64,000 nt of DNA from Chiloscyllium plagiosum (taxonomy: Eukaryota), in assembly GCF_004010195.1 (NCBI RefSeq), contig NC_057715.1:30018033-30082032 (forward strand). Direction: 5' to 3'. The position numbers were made by a program, and so were the translations under genes. Every line of letters starts with the position of its first letter. Positions within the stretch are counted from its first letter, which is position 1. The notes under the pieces are model-generated. The model ran no database searches, was not told the origin of the DNA, and saw only the letters and a program-made list of their open reading frames with translations. This document shows, piece after piece, positions 13,361 through 26,985 of the stretch.

Positions 13361-13734
13361 AATATGGAAGAGAGAGGTAGGTAGGCTGAACAGATGCAGA
13401 CCATCCAATGCACTAGCTCACACTTCTCCTATCCAAACAGCTGAGGGATAAATATGCTGTTACCTGCCATGGCAACTGCAACATTTGTTCATTTACCTTC
13501 TCCCTTCTCATAGTCTAGGATCAAAAATACATTTTGGCTGAAATAGTATTTATTTTGTAATTTCTCCATATTGCATTCACTGCTCAGGATGTTGTCTTCC
13601 CTCCTAGTCAAACAAAAGTCAGGTGATCACTATCCTAAACTCAGCATGTATTACTCTTGCTTTCTGGGTATTTTGCATTGTCATTCTCTATCCTACTGCG
13701 ACATTGGCCTCCTACATTATTCCAACTTTGCAAA

Positions 13735-15238
13735 AATTAAAAATCACAGAGCACCAGGTGCACCAGAGCACCAGGTCTAACAGGTTTATTTGGAAGCACT
13801 ACCTTATGGAGCACTGCTCCTTCATCAGGTGGTTGTGGAGTATAAGATCATAAGGCACAAAATTTATAGCAAACAATTATAGTATCAGACAGTGATATAT
13901 TGAACAAACCTGGATTTCTAAGTCTTTCATTTTTTTAGAACGCAGGTTTTGGTTCGTTATTACGAAAATCTCAGAACACCTTTTAAGTCATCTTCTCGAG
14001 ATAAGGTATTATAACAAAGATGACATCTCAGTTCAGACAAAGAATTAAAGGTGTGAGGTCAGAGTCTGTCTGTATCCCAATCTTGAGTCACACTGGTTCT
14101 ATTTTCAAAGTGGAATTTACAAACTATTACATAGATTGACTGCCTGCAGATTGTGCATTTTACTTGCAAATATAATTCTGCAAATACAATTCTGCAAATG
14201 TGGGCGGCACGGTGGCACAGTGGTTAGCACTGCTGCCTCACAGTGCCAGAGACCCGGGTTCAATTCCCGCCTCAGGCGACTGACTGTGTGGAGTTTGCAC
14301 GTTCTCCCCGTGTCTGCGTGGGTTTCCTCCGGGTGCTCCGGTTTCCTCCCACAGTCCAAAGATGTGCAGGTCAGGTGAATTGGCCATGCTAAATTGCCCA
14401 TCGTGTTAGGTAAGGGGTAAATGTAGGGGTATGGCTGGGTTACACTTCGGCGGGTCGGTTGGACTTGTTGGGCTGAAGGGCCTGTTTCCACGCTGTAATG
14501 TAATGTAATCTAAACAACTTCACCCCATAGACTTGAATTTGTGTGCGCATGCATGACAGAGAGAGAGAGCAAGAGTGAATATATGCATTTGAGAGTGTGT
14601 ACGCATGAGTGTGAGTGCATATGAGTGTGTGTGTTTGCACGTGTGAAAGCTACACGCAAACACACACTTTCTCACGTGCACTCACATGCACACACTCTCT
14701 CTCATGCACACACACACAAAACATATACAAGTCTATAGGGTGAATTTGTATTTGCAGAATTATATCAGCAGATACATTCTATTTTGCTCAAAAAATGCAC
14801 AATCTGCAGGCAGTCAATCCATGTAATATTTTATAAATTCCACTTTGGAAGTAGAACCAGTCTGACTCAGGATTGGGATACAGACGGACTCTAACCTCAC
14901 ATCTTTAATGCACTGTCTGAACGGAGATGTCATCTTTTGTTAAAATACCTTGTTATTTCGAGAATGTGACTTAAAAGAAGTTTTGCGATTTACATATTAA
15001 TGAACCAAAACCTGCATTCTAAAAGATGAAAGGCTTAACAATCCAGGTTTGTTCAATATATCACTGTATGACACTGTAAGCGTTTGTTATAAATTGTGTT
15101 GTATGATCCTATACTCCACAACCACCTGATAAAATAGCAGCCCTCTGAAAGCTAGTGCTTCCAAATAAACCTGTTGGACTATAACCTGGTGTTGTGAGAT
15201 TTTTAAGTTTTTCCAACTCAGTTCAAGCACCAGCTCCT
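13735..15238. mobile_element. About 1.5 kb foldback of two inverted PLE 3' UTR/terminal repeats with HHR motifs near both outer ends
   Basis: Left arm (minus, 13735-14640, split by HE1) is the reverse complement of the right arm (14650-15238), e.g. GAGGTCAGAGTCTGTCTGTATCCCAATC vs GATTGGGATACAGACGGACTCTAACCTC; HHR motifs 13797-13831(-) and 15123-15157(+); inserted in an older PLE C-terminus (IGLLHYSN | LEKQHFIF). Confidence 0.8.
14202..14512 (+). mobile_element. HE1-type SINE, CpG-rich young copy
   Basis: Well-preserved head, A/B boxes, V-domain and tail; CpGs retained. Confidence 0.95.
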
Positions 15239-16674
15239 TAAAAACCTTGAGAAACAGCACTTCATCTTCCTACAAGGCATTTTACAGCTTTCTAAAGATC
15301 CACTAGTACTGTGGAAAATTTATAGCATTGCAGTGACAACTTGAAGTCTTAACCACCATTCTCAACTTCTGTGAAGCAGGGGCCAGTAACAGTAATCAGT
15401 TAACTTAGAATAAGTAATGGTTAGTATTTGGGATTCTTTGCACTCCTGGTGTCAATAAGCCTGTCTCTTCTGATATACCTGGGCAATGAAATCTTTTCCT
15501 TCCGGCTTTATTCAAAATAGTTCACGTAGTTCACTATGTTAGAAGAACTATTTTATATTGTTCATATCAATTGAAGAGAAGTAGACTTAAAGAATGGTGG
15601 GCAGCTCATTATTACGAGTGTTCAATTACATTGTGCCTTGAAAAGCTATGACTTTGACTCATACCTACACATCTCACACTCTAAACTCTGATGAAATATT
15701 TCTCCGATTCTATGCTCCTGACAGAACTCTCATCTGCTGAACCATGTTTTGAAACCTAGTGATAAGTAATGGAACATTTCTAACCATTTACAGGATACAA
15801 TTTCCCATCCATTTCAAATATGTGCATGAATTTCTAATATGAGTCCCCAGTGGCTAAGGCTTAAAAAAGGAAAAAAAAATCTCAAATCTCAGCCACAATG
15901 TCAATGGGAACCAGCAGATAGAGTCAAGGGACTTCTTCACAATGAGAAAAAGAGAATCAAAAGAAACATCATCCCATTATACACACATGCAGCACTTATG
16001 GGCAGCCAGCCGGCACCATAGTGGCATTGATAAGAGTACAATTTTGCAGAGGACCCTGTAATCAGTTGCATCCCACTTGGCAGTGCAGAATGGATTTTCC
16101 AGCTGGTGGGATCAGTCCCCCCGGAGTGGAATATACTTGAGATGGCCAAGAAATGCAGCAGGGAATACCTTTTGTCAGATCCATGCCTGATTATTGCAAC
16201 ATGCACAGAATGTGCAAGAGCTTCATTTTGAAATGATAATGGATGCTAAGAGGTCCCAGCATGCATTCCCATCCGCTAAGGAAAGGATCACACTGTGCTC
16301 TTGCTGCTAATTCATCTGGCAAAAAAGGGGAAGCCCCATGTGCAAAAAACAAGCTCTTAAAGAGACAGGGGCCATTATTTTGAATGTTTTATTAATTAGT
16401 TTCTCAATATCATTTTAGCGTGAGTGTTTCTGTATACTTTTCTTTGGCTTAATTTTTAATGGCACCAGCAGAGGAAGGAATCTTTATGTAGAAATGAAAC
16501 AGCTAAATATTGTCTGTATGTTCACTGGAAAGCCATTTGTAAACAGACACAATTGCAAGTTCTCAACAAACAAGGAAAGAGGGAATTCCTATATAAATTT
16601 CCATAACAGCTCAGAGAGCATCAAGGTATCTAGCAAAAAGGTAAGTGTCTGATGATAATTAACAAACCATATTT

Positions 16675-17022
16675 GGGACAGCACGATGGCTGAGTGGTTA
16701 GCACTGCTGCCTCACAGCACCAGGGAGCCAGGTTGGGTTCCAGCCTTGGGTGACTGTCCGTGTGGAGTTTGCACATTCTCCCTGTGCCTGCATGAGTTTC
16801 CTCCAGGTGCTCTAATCTCCCCCACAGTCCAAAGATGTGCAGGTTAGGTGGATTGGCCAGGCTGAATTGCCCTGTAGTATGCAGGCTAGGTGGATTAGCC
16901 ATGAGAATGTAGGGACATGGGGATAGGGTGAAGGGCCAGATCTGGGTGGAATGTTCTTTGGAGGATCAGTGTGGATTCGATGGGCCAAATGGCCTGCTTC
17001 CATGCTGTAGAGATTCTATGAT
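16675..17022 (+). mobile_element. HE1-type SINE, older
   Basis: Head, V-domain and ATTCTATG tail; AAACCATAT on both sides (TSD). Confidence 0.88.
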
Positions 17023-17164
17023 ATTAAACCATATGATGGGGAGTGCTTTTTAACTGACCCAGATGCAGTGTGTAATATTGGAAGCTAAAAAGAAGAATCA
17101 GACCTGTATCTAAAGGACAACAACATCAATGACAGTCAATTTAAGAATCACTATCAACAATATC

Positions 17165-17265
17165 GAGAATACTGGAGAAATTCATCAGATCTGGCAGAAT
17201 CTGTGTACAGAGAAACAGAGTTAACCTTTTTTAGTTAGTATGACTCTTCTTTATGTTCAGAGCTC
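17165..17265 (-). mobile_element. Degenerate PLE terminal repeat
   Basis: CTGGAGAAATTCATCAGATCTGGCAGAATCTGT...AGAGTTAAC, same family as 6300-6532. Confidence 0.5.
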
Positions 17266-20200
17266 TGCACAGAAGGACTGCTTCAAAACTGCTCAATTTC
17301 TTGTCAATCACCCTCCTGCCTTATGTCTGTTCCTCCCCGCGCTCTGAAAGCACAATTCCAGTTTTTCGCTCCCTGCTGGCTTCATCCAGCTAGATCTATC
17401 CCTGGGTTTTCCCGAGCTTCCAAGTGAATGAAACAACTACTTAATTGTGACTGTTCAACACCACTGTCAACTATGCTAATCTGTTCACGGCAACTGACTT
17501 CTGGTGAACCACCACAACTTCCAGGATTTTCTCTGAGACCTGTCTGCAACACCATAGGTGTCCGAAAGCTCCTGTAACGTGGCCGGAGTTCCAACTGCAG
17601 AGAGAAATCCAACTGCTTTTGGGACCTTAGTCACTGTGTTCCCCACTCAGAACCTATACAGTGCAGTTGGCTTTTGTTGCAGGACAGCCAAAAGCCAGTA
17701 CTCCTAATATAGAATTTGCTGCTGTCCCTTCTTCTAAATGTCTAGGACCCCAGAATTACATTTCAGTCAACTCAGAGCTCACCTAAGTGACCAACTGAAA
17801 CTATTGTCACAGGTCCTGCATATATCTATCACTGGGTAGAATTGAATGCTGCCATCCAAAACGGACATGCTTGAACCTTCCATTCTCAGAGTATATTGCT
17901 TCCCCGGTATGCTTGGATACACAGGAAATGGATTTGATTACTCAAGCTGCAATACTGTGGTGGAGCTTCCTAACACTGGTGAACGATAAAAGGAGCTGAT
18001 CTCTGTTTCTGTACCATTTAAATGCTGGCATTTGTCTCTTGTGCATTCCCAATAACAGAGCAGGACCAGAAGTTATGATGCACATTCTTAGGCCAAGCTT
18101 CAAACGCAACATTCTGCGTGTATTCTTTATCAAAGGTGGAGTCAAGAAATAAGAAAAATTTAGGTTATGTCCACTGTGCTTGGGGGTGACTCAAGATTTC
18201 ATTAACTCGTCTGCACACATTTGATTTTTCCAGCTGCCCTCCAGTTTGGATCCTTGTCTTGCGTTTAAAAATACCTGGTCCAGCAAACAGAAAGGAACGC
18301 CTTCTGTTGCAGAAATGCACTGAACTTGTAACTTGACTTGTTTGTGTGTAAATGACCATTGTTATAGATATGGATTGATTGTACTATGAATTACTGCAGG
18401 AACACCTCTAACACTCCATAGCCTCTAAAATCGAGGAACAACAGTTTCAGAGATTTGCAGTGAGTGAGTGTCTGATGTTAACATCTGACATGTCTGTGTC
18501 CCTGACGTTGTATAGTCTTTGATAGTAACAATCTTCTTGTGGCTGTCAGTCAGCTGACTAAATCCTCTCAGACAATGACCATGAGTAGATACTCATGATG
18601 CCAAGTTGACCATTGTCTCCTTGCCCACTTCCATTTGAAGGTTTCTTTTAACATACATTTAAGAACCAAACCACCTTATTTCCCCAAACACTTAATTTAT
18701 AATAGTGTCAGGTGGCATCCAGTAAATATTTTGTTTATGCTGAGATGGCTTATTACTACAAATCTGCTCTCACGCTTCACAGGAAATACTAAATATGGAA
18801 TAGAAAAGTTTTAAAGGGGTTCCAATTTCCAAAAGAACTCTACTTTCACAGTAGTTTGTAATCTAGAAGTCCTTGTTCTAATGATATTTTTGACCTCTTC
18901 TGTTCGTTCAGAATTCAGTATTTGACTTGTATTCTGTGATGCACTCTTAAGAATTGCATTGTCTCATTTTTCATTCTCTTTGCACATTGTTATCCTTTTG
19001 TTCTTATTATACCGTATACTGTTTCAGATTGGGAGAGATATGGGAACATTTTCTGACTTTTCTCACCTCTCAGCTGACTGCAACAAGATGTATTTTTTAG
19101 AAGAAGTGTTCTAATCTTTTTGAGAGCTGCAACTTTAAAGAACACACACATGCTTTCTTGTAAGTTTAAATCAAAGGAAAGGATGAACATATATTTCCAC
19201 AGCACCCAAAATATGAAGAAAATACATAGCCACAGAAATCAGATATACAGACACACAGAGAAAAATATTCATTTTAGTGCAGAGATTACAAGAATATAAC
19301 AAACAATTCAATTGTTCAGATTCCACATGGTTGAAAAGTTACCAGACTGCAGGATTCTCTATTAGTTCACTCACAGCAGATAATGGAGTTGTGAAATGTC
19401 TGGCTATTTGCAAAGAAATTGTGGCTACACTTCTGCAATGAAGAAATGTAATTTTGTAGGTAAAACAAATAAACATTACTTCACTGTCAGAAATGAGTGT
19501 TTTTTCACAGCAGAGTTTGTCCCTTTTTGCTGACCAAGATCTCTTCATCCAAGGCAGGGGTCTTGGATTGCATTGCTCGGTTGCCCAGGTGGAATATTGA
19601 GTGATCAGCTCCCCTTCCAACCAGTTTCAATCATGTGCTGACAGTAATGTCTACTGTCCACACAATGACATGTAATTGACATGCAATGGAGGAATGTATG
19701 AGATCCTTCAATATTCCATGTTCGATCATCCAGACTGAATGATTCAATTTAATATCTGATCGACATGGGGCTGACAGGAATGGCAGCCATTTTCATTTTA
19801 AACCTCCTCTTTGAAATGGCAAGGGTGGGCCAATTAGCATTTGCAAAACTTGCAATTTAAGGAACTTCCCAGAAGTAGGTGGTTACGTCTATCTGCCTCT
19901 CGAGAAACTACAGATGAAGTTACCTGACTTGCCAGAATCCATCTTGTAAAGGTAAAGCGTCAATATTTCATGTTGGTTTCTTTCAAAATCTCTGGTCAAA
20001 GCCACCGCAGGGTGAAGTTCTACATGTAAATGCACAAATTCAAGTGCAGCTTCTGGTAGCAACACACTCGGCATTATAAATAAATGGAAAAAAAGGTCAA
20101 GGCTAAAAATATGAAAGTGATTTTCTCGTTGAGACCTTAAAAGCATCCTTCAAAGTGCTGACCATATTCAGAACTGTTCAGAATCTTTTCTGATTTCCCT

Positions 20201-20942
20201 GTGTTTAATAGACTTGCATACTTTATTGCTATTTCGCAACTCTCTTGTCCTGTATAAACCCAACCTCAGCATTTAACTTTTAATTATCTGGCAGTAGATA
20301 AATTCACCACAAATAAAAATATAGCCTGACCATCATTGACATTCAAGACCATCAGCTTTTCAGAGATAGCGCCCTTAAGAAACATCAAAGGCAACCTGTG
20401 GTTTGCAACTGTGCAAAAATATGTTTCTTTTTGAAAGTGCATCAAGAGCTACATAGACTGTACATTACAGGTTGTATTTCACTAGTGATACGATATCATA
20501 AGGGCAACTGTGCATGTGCAGATGGAAAGTAGGCATTTTTAACAGTAGCACCCCTGCACTGGAACAAACACTCCATTTTATTTAGAAAGTAGTGTCCATT
20601 TCCCAATAAACGTTATGGGCATATGGCACAGTAGCATTGTATTCTATAAGGTACCTATGCTCTGGTTTCTGGTAATTTTCTGTTGCGCATGTTTTCTATA
20701 TTACAGCTGTACCACAGAGTAACACAAGTGTTATGGCACAGGAGGCCATTCAGCCCATTGTGCCTGCACTGACTCTTCAAAAGAAGCACCATTCTAGTGC
20801 AAATTCTTGCTTGTTTATCATTCACCTGCACACTATTTCTATCCAAATAAACATCAATGCCCTCTTGAATGTCTCACAATTTCAAGTAGTACATTCCATA
20901 GTTTAACTACTCACTGTGTGGAAATTATTTTTCTCACTTTCA

Positions 20943-21400
20943 AGTACTCCAGTAACCCTTGAGAAGCTCAACACAATCCAGGACAAAGTAGCCGACTTGA
21001 TTGGCACCACATCCACAAACATGCACTCCTTCTACCACCAATGCTCAGTAACAGCAGTGTGTATCATCAACAACAATGTGCATTATAGAAATTCGCTCCT
21101 TAGACAGCACCTTCCAAACCAATGACCAATTAGAAAGACAAGGGCAACAGCCATATGGGAACAACATCACCAGCAAGTTTCCCTCCAACCCATTCACCAT
21201 CCAGACTTGGAAATATATCACCATTCCTTCACTGTCACTGGGTCAAAATTCTGGAATTCCCTATCTAATAGCATTGTGGGTGCACCTGCAGCACATGGAC
21301 TGAATTGATTCAAGAAGGCAGCTCACCACCGCCTTCTCAAATGCAACTAAAGACAGGCAATAAATGTTGGCCCAGCCTATGCGTCATGAGTGAACACTAA
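20943..21400 (+). mobile_element. CR1/L2-group LINE 3' end (second family), nested in a minus-strand CR1 fragment (about 20725-21590)
   Basis: STPVTLEKLNTIQDKVADLIG; tail GGGTCAAAATTCTGGAATTCCC...GGCAATAAATGTTGGCC shared with 27934-29356. Confidence 0.75.
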
Positions 21401-22042
21401 CAAAAACGCCTTGCTTCTTTTGCATATCACTTTAAATCATTATCCTTTGGTTCTTGCTCATTTTGCAAGGGGAACAGCTTCTCCCTGTCAATTCTGTTGA
21501 GATCACTCATCATCTTGGAAGCCTTTATCAATCTATTATCCTTTTCTCCGAGGAGAATAATCCCAACTTGTTCAATCTATCCTCATAAGGTACTTCCTAC
21601 TGACTTTGCATGCAGAATCTGTATTTTAGATTCCACTCCATATTAATTCTGTTATGTATTGCTACTTAATTCTGCATTAGCCTCCATTTTGATTTTTTTT
21701 TGTCTTAAGAATCCTGTGCTCAAGAATAAATTTAAACATGTCTTGCTCAGCAAAAAACTGGACAGAGCAGGGGTTAAAGTAGATCACGTCAATTTTGAAC
21801 TCTGTTACTAACTGAGGAGGTCTCAACACTACTGCTTCCACTGACAACAATGACACTGTTTTAATACCAAGGACTTTGGAGGATACCTGCGGAGGTCACT
21901 CCTGCAGTAAAATGTGGCCTGGAGGAAGATGAAGCCGCACAAGATACATTTTGTAATGGCCTTTTTAAGGACCAAGACAAACAGAAGTGTTTGTCTGAGT
22001 CTGCATGTCAAATCCAAGCATCTCAAATAAAGCCTCACCTTT

Positions 22043-22697
22043 TGTTAGCGAGGCGAGGAATAGGGAGAGAGAGGAGTTGAACACGTGGCCACAAGGATGG
22101 TGCAGTAGGGAGGGTTTCGGATACCTGGATAACTGGGGCTCATTCTGGTTAGGTGGGACCTCTACAAACAGGATGGTTTACACCTGAACCAGAGGGGTAC
22201 CAATATGTTGGTGGGGGCATTTGCTAATGCTCTTTGCAAAGCAGGGGGGGTGGGAACCTAAAATGTAGTTCCATTGTCCAGGAGGTTGAGAGTAGTGAGG
22301 TCAGAAATGAGGTTTCAGGCTCAACAAGAGTTCACCAGCAAGCAGGAAGGTGGTTTGACGTGTGTCTGCTTCAACACCAGGAGCATCCTGAATAGGGTGA
22401 GTGAACTTGCAGCATGGGTTGGGACCTGGGACTTCAACGTTTTTGCCATTTTGGAGACATGGATAGAGTAGGGACAGGAATGGTTGTTGCAGGTTTCAGG
22501 ATTTAGATGTTTCAGTAAGAACAGAGAAGATGGTAAAAGTGGAAGAGGTGTGACATTGTTAGTCAAGGACAGTATTACAGTGGTGGGAAAGACATTTGAG
22601 GACTCATCTTTGAGGTAGTATGGGCTGGAGTTAGAAACAGGAAAGGAGAGGTCACACTGTTGTGAGTTTTCTATAGGCCTCTGAATAGTTCCAGAGG
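22043..22697 (+). mobile_element. CR1 (HER1-like) fragment: ORF1 SGNH-esterase end and ORF2 APE endonuclease start
   Basis: LYKQDGLHLNQRGT (DxxH motif); LTCVCFNTRSILNRVSELAAW...AILETW. Confidence 0.85.
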
Positions 22698-23198
22698 TAG
22701 AGTCATAGAGATCTACAGCATGGAAACAGACCCTTCGGTCCAACCCGTCCATTCCGACCAGATATTCCAACCCAATCTAGTCCCACCTGCCAGCAACCGG
22801 CCCATATCCTCCAAACTCTTCCTATTCATATACCCATCCAAATGCCTCTTAAATGTCGCAATTGTACCAGCCTCCACCACATCCTCTGGCAGCTCATTCC
22901 ATATACGTACCACCCTCTGCGTGATGAAGTTGCCCCTTAGGTCTCTTTTATATCTTTCCTCTCTCACCCTAAACCTATGCCCTCTAGTTCTGGACTTTCC
23001 AACTCCAGGGAAAAGATTTTGTCTATTTACCCTATCCATGCCCCTCATCATTTTGTAAACCTCTATAAGGTCACTCCTCAGCCTCCGACGCTCCAGGGAA
23101 AACAGCCCCAGCCTGTTCAGCCTCTCCCTGTAGCTCCGATCCTCCATCCCTGGCAACATCCTTGTAAATCTTTTCTGAACCCTTTCAAGTTTCACAAC
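22698..23198 (-). mobile_element. CR1 (HER1-like) 3' end, young
   Basis: ORF 22713-23195 KLERVQKRFTRMLPGME...FSLERRRLRSDL...WNELP; tail CTATGACT. Confidence 0.92.
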
Positions 23199-24043
23199 TG
23201 GAATGGAGGGAAGGTCTTATGAGGAAAGGCTGAGGGACTTGAGGCTGTTTTCATTAGAGAGAAGAAGTCTGAGAGGTGACTTAATTGAAACATATAAGAT
23301 AATCAGAGGGTTAGATAGGGTGGATAGTGAGAACTTCTTTCCTCGGATGGAGATGCTAGCATGGGGGGACATAACTTTATATTGAGGGGTGATAGATATT
23401 GGACAGATGTCAGAGGTAGTTTCTTTACTCAGAGTAGTAGGGGTGTGGAATGCACTGCCGGCAATAGTAGTAGACTCGCCAACTTTGAGGGCACGTAAAT
23501 GGTCATTGGCTCAACATATAGAACATAGAACATTACAGCGCAGTACAGGCCCTTCGGCCCTCGATGCTGCGCCGCCCTGTCATACTAATCTGAAGCCCAT
23601 CTAACCTACACTATTCAATGTACATCCATATGCCTGTCCAATGACGACTTAAATGCACCTAAACTTGGCGAATCTACTACTGTTGCAGGCAAAGCATTCC
23701 ATACCCTTACTACTCTCTGAGTAAAGAAACTACCTCTGACATCTGTCTTATACCTATCTCCCCTCATTTTAAAGTTGTGTCCCCTCGTGGTTGCGGTCCC
23801 CATACTTGGAAAAAGGCTCTCCCTGTCCACCCTATCTAACCCTCTGATTATCTTGTATGTCTCTAAAATTAACCTGGAAATGCCCACTGAGGGTGGAATC
23901 GAACCCAGGTTCGCGGCGCTGTGAGGCAGCAGTTTTAACCACTGAGCTGCCATGCCACCCATATGGATGAAAGTGTAGGATAGACAAGCTTCAGGTTGGT
24001 TCCACAGATCAGCGCAACATCGAGGGCTGTAATGTTCTATGTT
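23199..24043 (+). mobile_element. CR1 3' end (ATGTTCT-tail subfamily), split by the 23520-23960 insertion
   Basis: MEGRSYEERLRDLRLFSLERRSLRGDL; resumes at 23961 and ends AATGTTCTATGTT. Confidence 0.85.
23520..23960 (-). mobile_element. Chimeric retroposon: HE1 tRNA-like head (23960-23888) fused to about 345 bp of CR1 3' end (23865-23520)
   Basis: CATAT at 23515-23519 and 23960-23964 flanks both parts; the host CR1 reads continuously across the insertion; B box GGTTCGATTCC. Confidence 0.75.
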
Positions 24044-25144
24044 GTCTCGGTTCCTCTTGACCCAACTGCTGAAATCACAACCCCTGACATGCTATAGACC
24101 CTCGAACCCTCCCCCCACTAACAGCAACTCAAGCGAATCAGTGGCCATATACATGGCCTTCAACTTTCAACTGCAAGCAGCTAGCCAGCTCCCTTTTTGC
24201 CCCAGCTGGCTTTGAGAAGACAACACACTATAAAAGCAATGCTAGGCTTCCCACTACTACTCTTGGCAATTCTACCCTTCTATCCCACAATCAGCTTTCT
24301 ACCCAGGTATTAAACTTTCCTTGCTGACATTTGGCTCTTTAGCTTGACTTTCCAATTCAGGAAACAAAACATCAGAAACATGAAATCAGCATTTGGCAAT
24401 GTATTATATACACACTTCTACGTATTTTAACAAAAGTAGTAATAGCTGAATTCTTCAGCTCTTTACCTCGGGCCTTTCTCTTTATCTTTTCCTTTAGCCT
24501 CTCATGTTCACTGCCTTCTCTGAATTTCTTTCCTCAAACCTCTTTGCCAATTTATATCTTCATTTTAAGAGTCATGCAAAACCCACTTTCTCAACCAGGT
24601 CTTTGGTTTCTCCTCCAGATCTCTTGCTCAAAAACTGTTTATTTTTCCTTTTATTTCTATTTGTGATACCTTGAGCCATTTTCTATAACCATACGAGGGT
24701 GAATTATTGTTGTAAGAGTATAGAAGCATCACCCTTTATGAGCACAGAAAGAGAAAGCTGAACCATATTTGAAGACTTTGTTAATTAGACAAATTCCATT
24801 TTGTAATGTATGTTAGTTACTGCTTTCCTCGAGTATGCAGTTTAAATAGGTACCCTTTCCCTTTGAAGTTGTTGTGCATAGAAGGTAGCACTATCGTGTC
24901 TGATCCAGAAGCTCCTGGTTCAAGTTCCACTCCAGGACATGTTAGCTACTGAAGGTACATTCAGAATGTGACCCAACATCTCAAGGGTCAATTTGAAAAC
25001 CCTTCTAATATGCGAAATAGAAGGAAATTGGTGTCTCCACCATCATTACCTATAGTTCCGGTGTACAATATATATGTACAAGTATTTTTCTTCTCAAAAG
25101 CAACTTGGATTCTTGATAGGCTGGTTGGTTTGACAGTTAGTTTT

Positions 25145-25430
25145 CTTCTTTCCATGTATGGGATGTGGGAGTCACTGGCTCGGCCAACATTTATTGTTCA
25201 TCTCTAATTGCCCAGAGGGCAGTTCAGAGTCAATCTCATTGCTGTGAGTTGGGAGTGACATGTCAGCCAGACCAGGAAAGATGATAGATTTCCTTCCCTA
25301 AAAACTTTCGTGAATCAGATGGTTTTGTGACAATTAACAGTGGTTATGTGGTTACATAATTAATATTAAGCTGGTGTATATTCTTTATTTCAGGTTTTTA
25401 GTGAATTTAAAATTCAGCATCTGCCACTGA
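25145..25430 (-). mobile_element. Second-family tRNA-derived SINE (degenerate)
   Basis: Shares TAATTGCCCAGAGG.CAGTT.AGAGTCAA...CATTGCTGT and GCCAGAC with 27075-27362. Confidence 0.65.
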
Positions 25431-25794
25431 TATTAACTCATCATTTTCCAAGGCCGACAATCGTTTTGCCCATAAGATTCCCTCAGTACCTGCACGATCC
25501 CCTTCTTCTGTGTGGTGATCACCCAGTCATGCCATATTCTTTGGCCATCTGTCCTAATTCTTCCTTCATTGGCTAGCTATCAAATACTTTTTCATGACAT
25601 CTCTGTGAAGCTGGATGCTTTAATGTAACAAAGTGCAAACTGTTGTTCTTGTTAACCTAATCTATGTGCTGTCTGTAAGTAATTACTGTTTTTGACATTG
25701 TTGGCAGATGTGGTTGTAGATCAATGAACAGTCTGTACCAACATGTGCAATTCTCCCTGGGTTCTAAAGGTACTGTCTTCCCTTGTAGAATGAG

Positions 25795-26985
25795 GGATAT
25801 GAGATAACAAGAGTCCAGAGACAGTATGTTCCTGTTAGTATGAAGGGTATGGTTGATAGATGTACAGAATGCTGGGTGACTAGAGAAATTGAGGCTCTGA
25901 TCAAGAAAAGAAAAGGAAGCATATGTAAGAGATAGACAGCAGAGATCAAGGGAATCTTGAAAAGAATATAAGGGCAGTAGAAACATACTCAAGGGGGAGA
26001 TCAGGAGGGGAGAAAGGGGGCATGATGGGATATGGAAGCTAAAGAACTTAGGGAAATAAATAGTGAATATAGAAGATATGCAGATGACACCAGAATTGGA
26101 GGTGTAGTGGACAGTGAAGAAGTTTACCTCAGACTACAACGGGATCTTGATCAGATGGGCCAATGGGCCAAGAAGTGACAGATGGAGTTTAATTTAGACA
26201 AATGTGAGGTGATTCATTTTAGTAAATCAGGGTAGGACTTAAACATTTAATGGTAAGGCCCTGGGGAGTGTTGCCAGACCAAGAGACCTTGGGGTGCAGG
26301 TTCATAATCCCTTGAAGATAGAGTAGCAGGTAGACAGGGTAAAGAAGAAGGGGTTTGGTATGCTTGCCTTGGTTGGTTAATCATTGACTATAGGAGTTGG
26401 GAGGTCATTGCTGCAGCTGTATAGAACATTTGTTAGTCTACGCTTGGAATGCTGCATACAACTTTGGTCTCCCCGCTGCAGGAAAGATGTTGTGAAACTT
26501 GAAAGGGTTCAGAAAAGATTTATCAGAATGTTGCCAGGGTTGGAGGGTTTGGGCTATAGAGAGAGGCTGAATAAGCTGGGCTATTTTCCCTGGAGCATCA
26601 GAGGCTGTGGGGTGACGTTATATAGAGTTTTATAAAATCATGAAGGACATAGATACAATGAATAGTCAAGGTCTTTTCCATAGGGTAGAGGAGTCCAAAG
26701 CTAGAGCTGAGAGGGGAAAGATTTAAAAGGGACCTAAAGGGCAACTTTTGCACACAGAAGGTGGTGCATGTATGGAAAGACATACCAAAAGGAGGTCATG
26801 GACAATGATATGATTACAACATTTAAAAGATATCTGGATGGATACATGAATAGGAAGGATTTAGAGGGATATGGGCCAAGTACTGGCAAATGGGATAGAT
26901 TAATTCCAGATACCTGGTCGGCATGGACAAGTTGAACCAAAAGGTCTGTTTCTGTTGTGTACATTTCTATGACTCAATGACAATG
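25795..26985 (+). mobile_element. CR1 LINE with internal deletions (RT C-terminal part to tail)
   Basis: ADDTRIGG, CIQLWSP...KLERVQKRF, CTATGACT tail. Confidence 0.88.

Noticed and set aside
14117-14491. 124-aa ORF and similar ORFs over HE1 copies
   Set aside because: Chance reading frames within SINEs.
16050-16232. Open frame after TTTTGCAG (possible exon)
   Set aside because: No recognisable protein and no convincing splice donor; more likely non-coding.
24885-24940. tRNA-like segment with B box
   Set aside because: No cloverleaf; probably a decayed SINE head. No true tRNA gene was found in the window.
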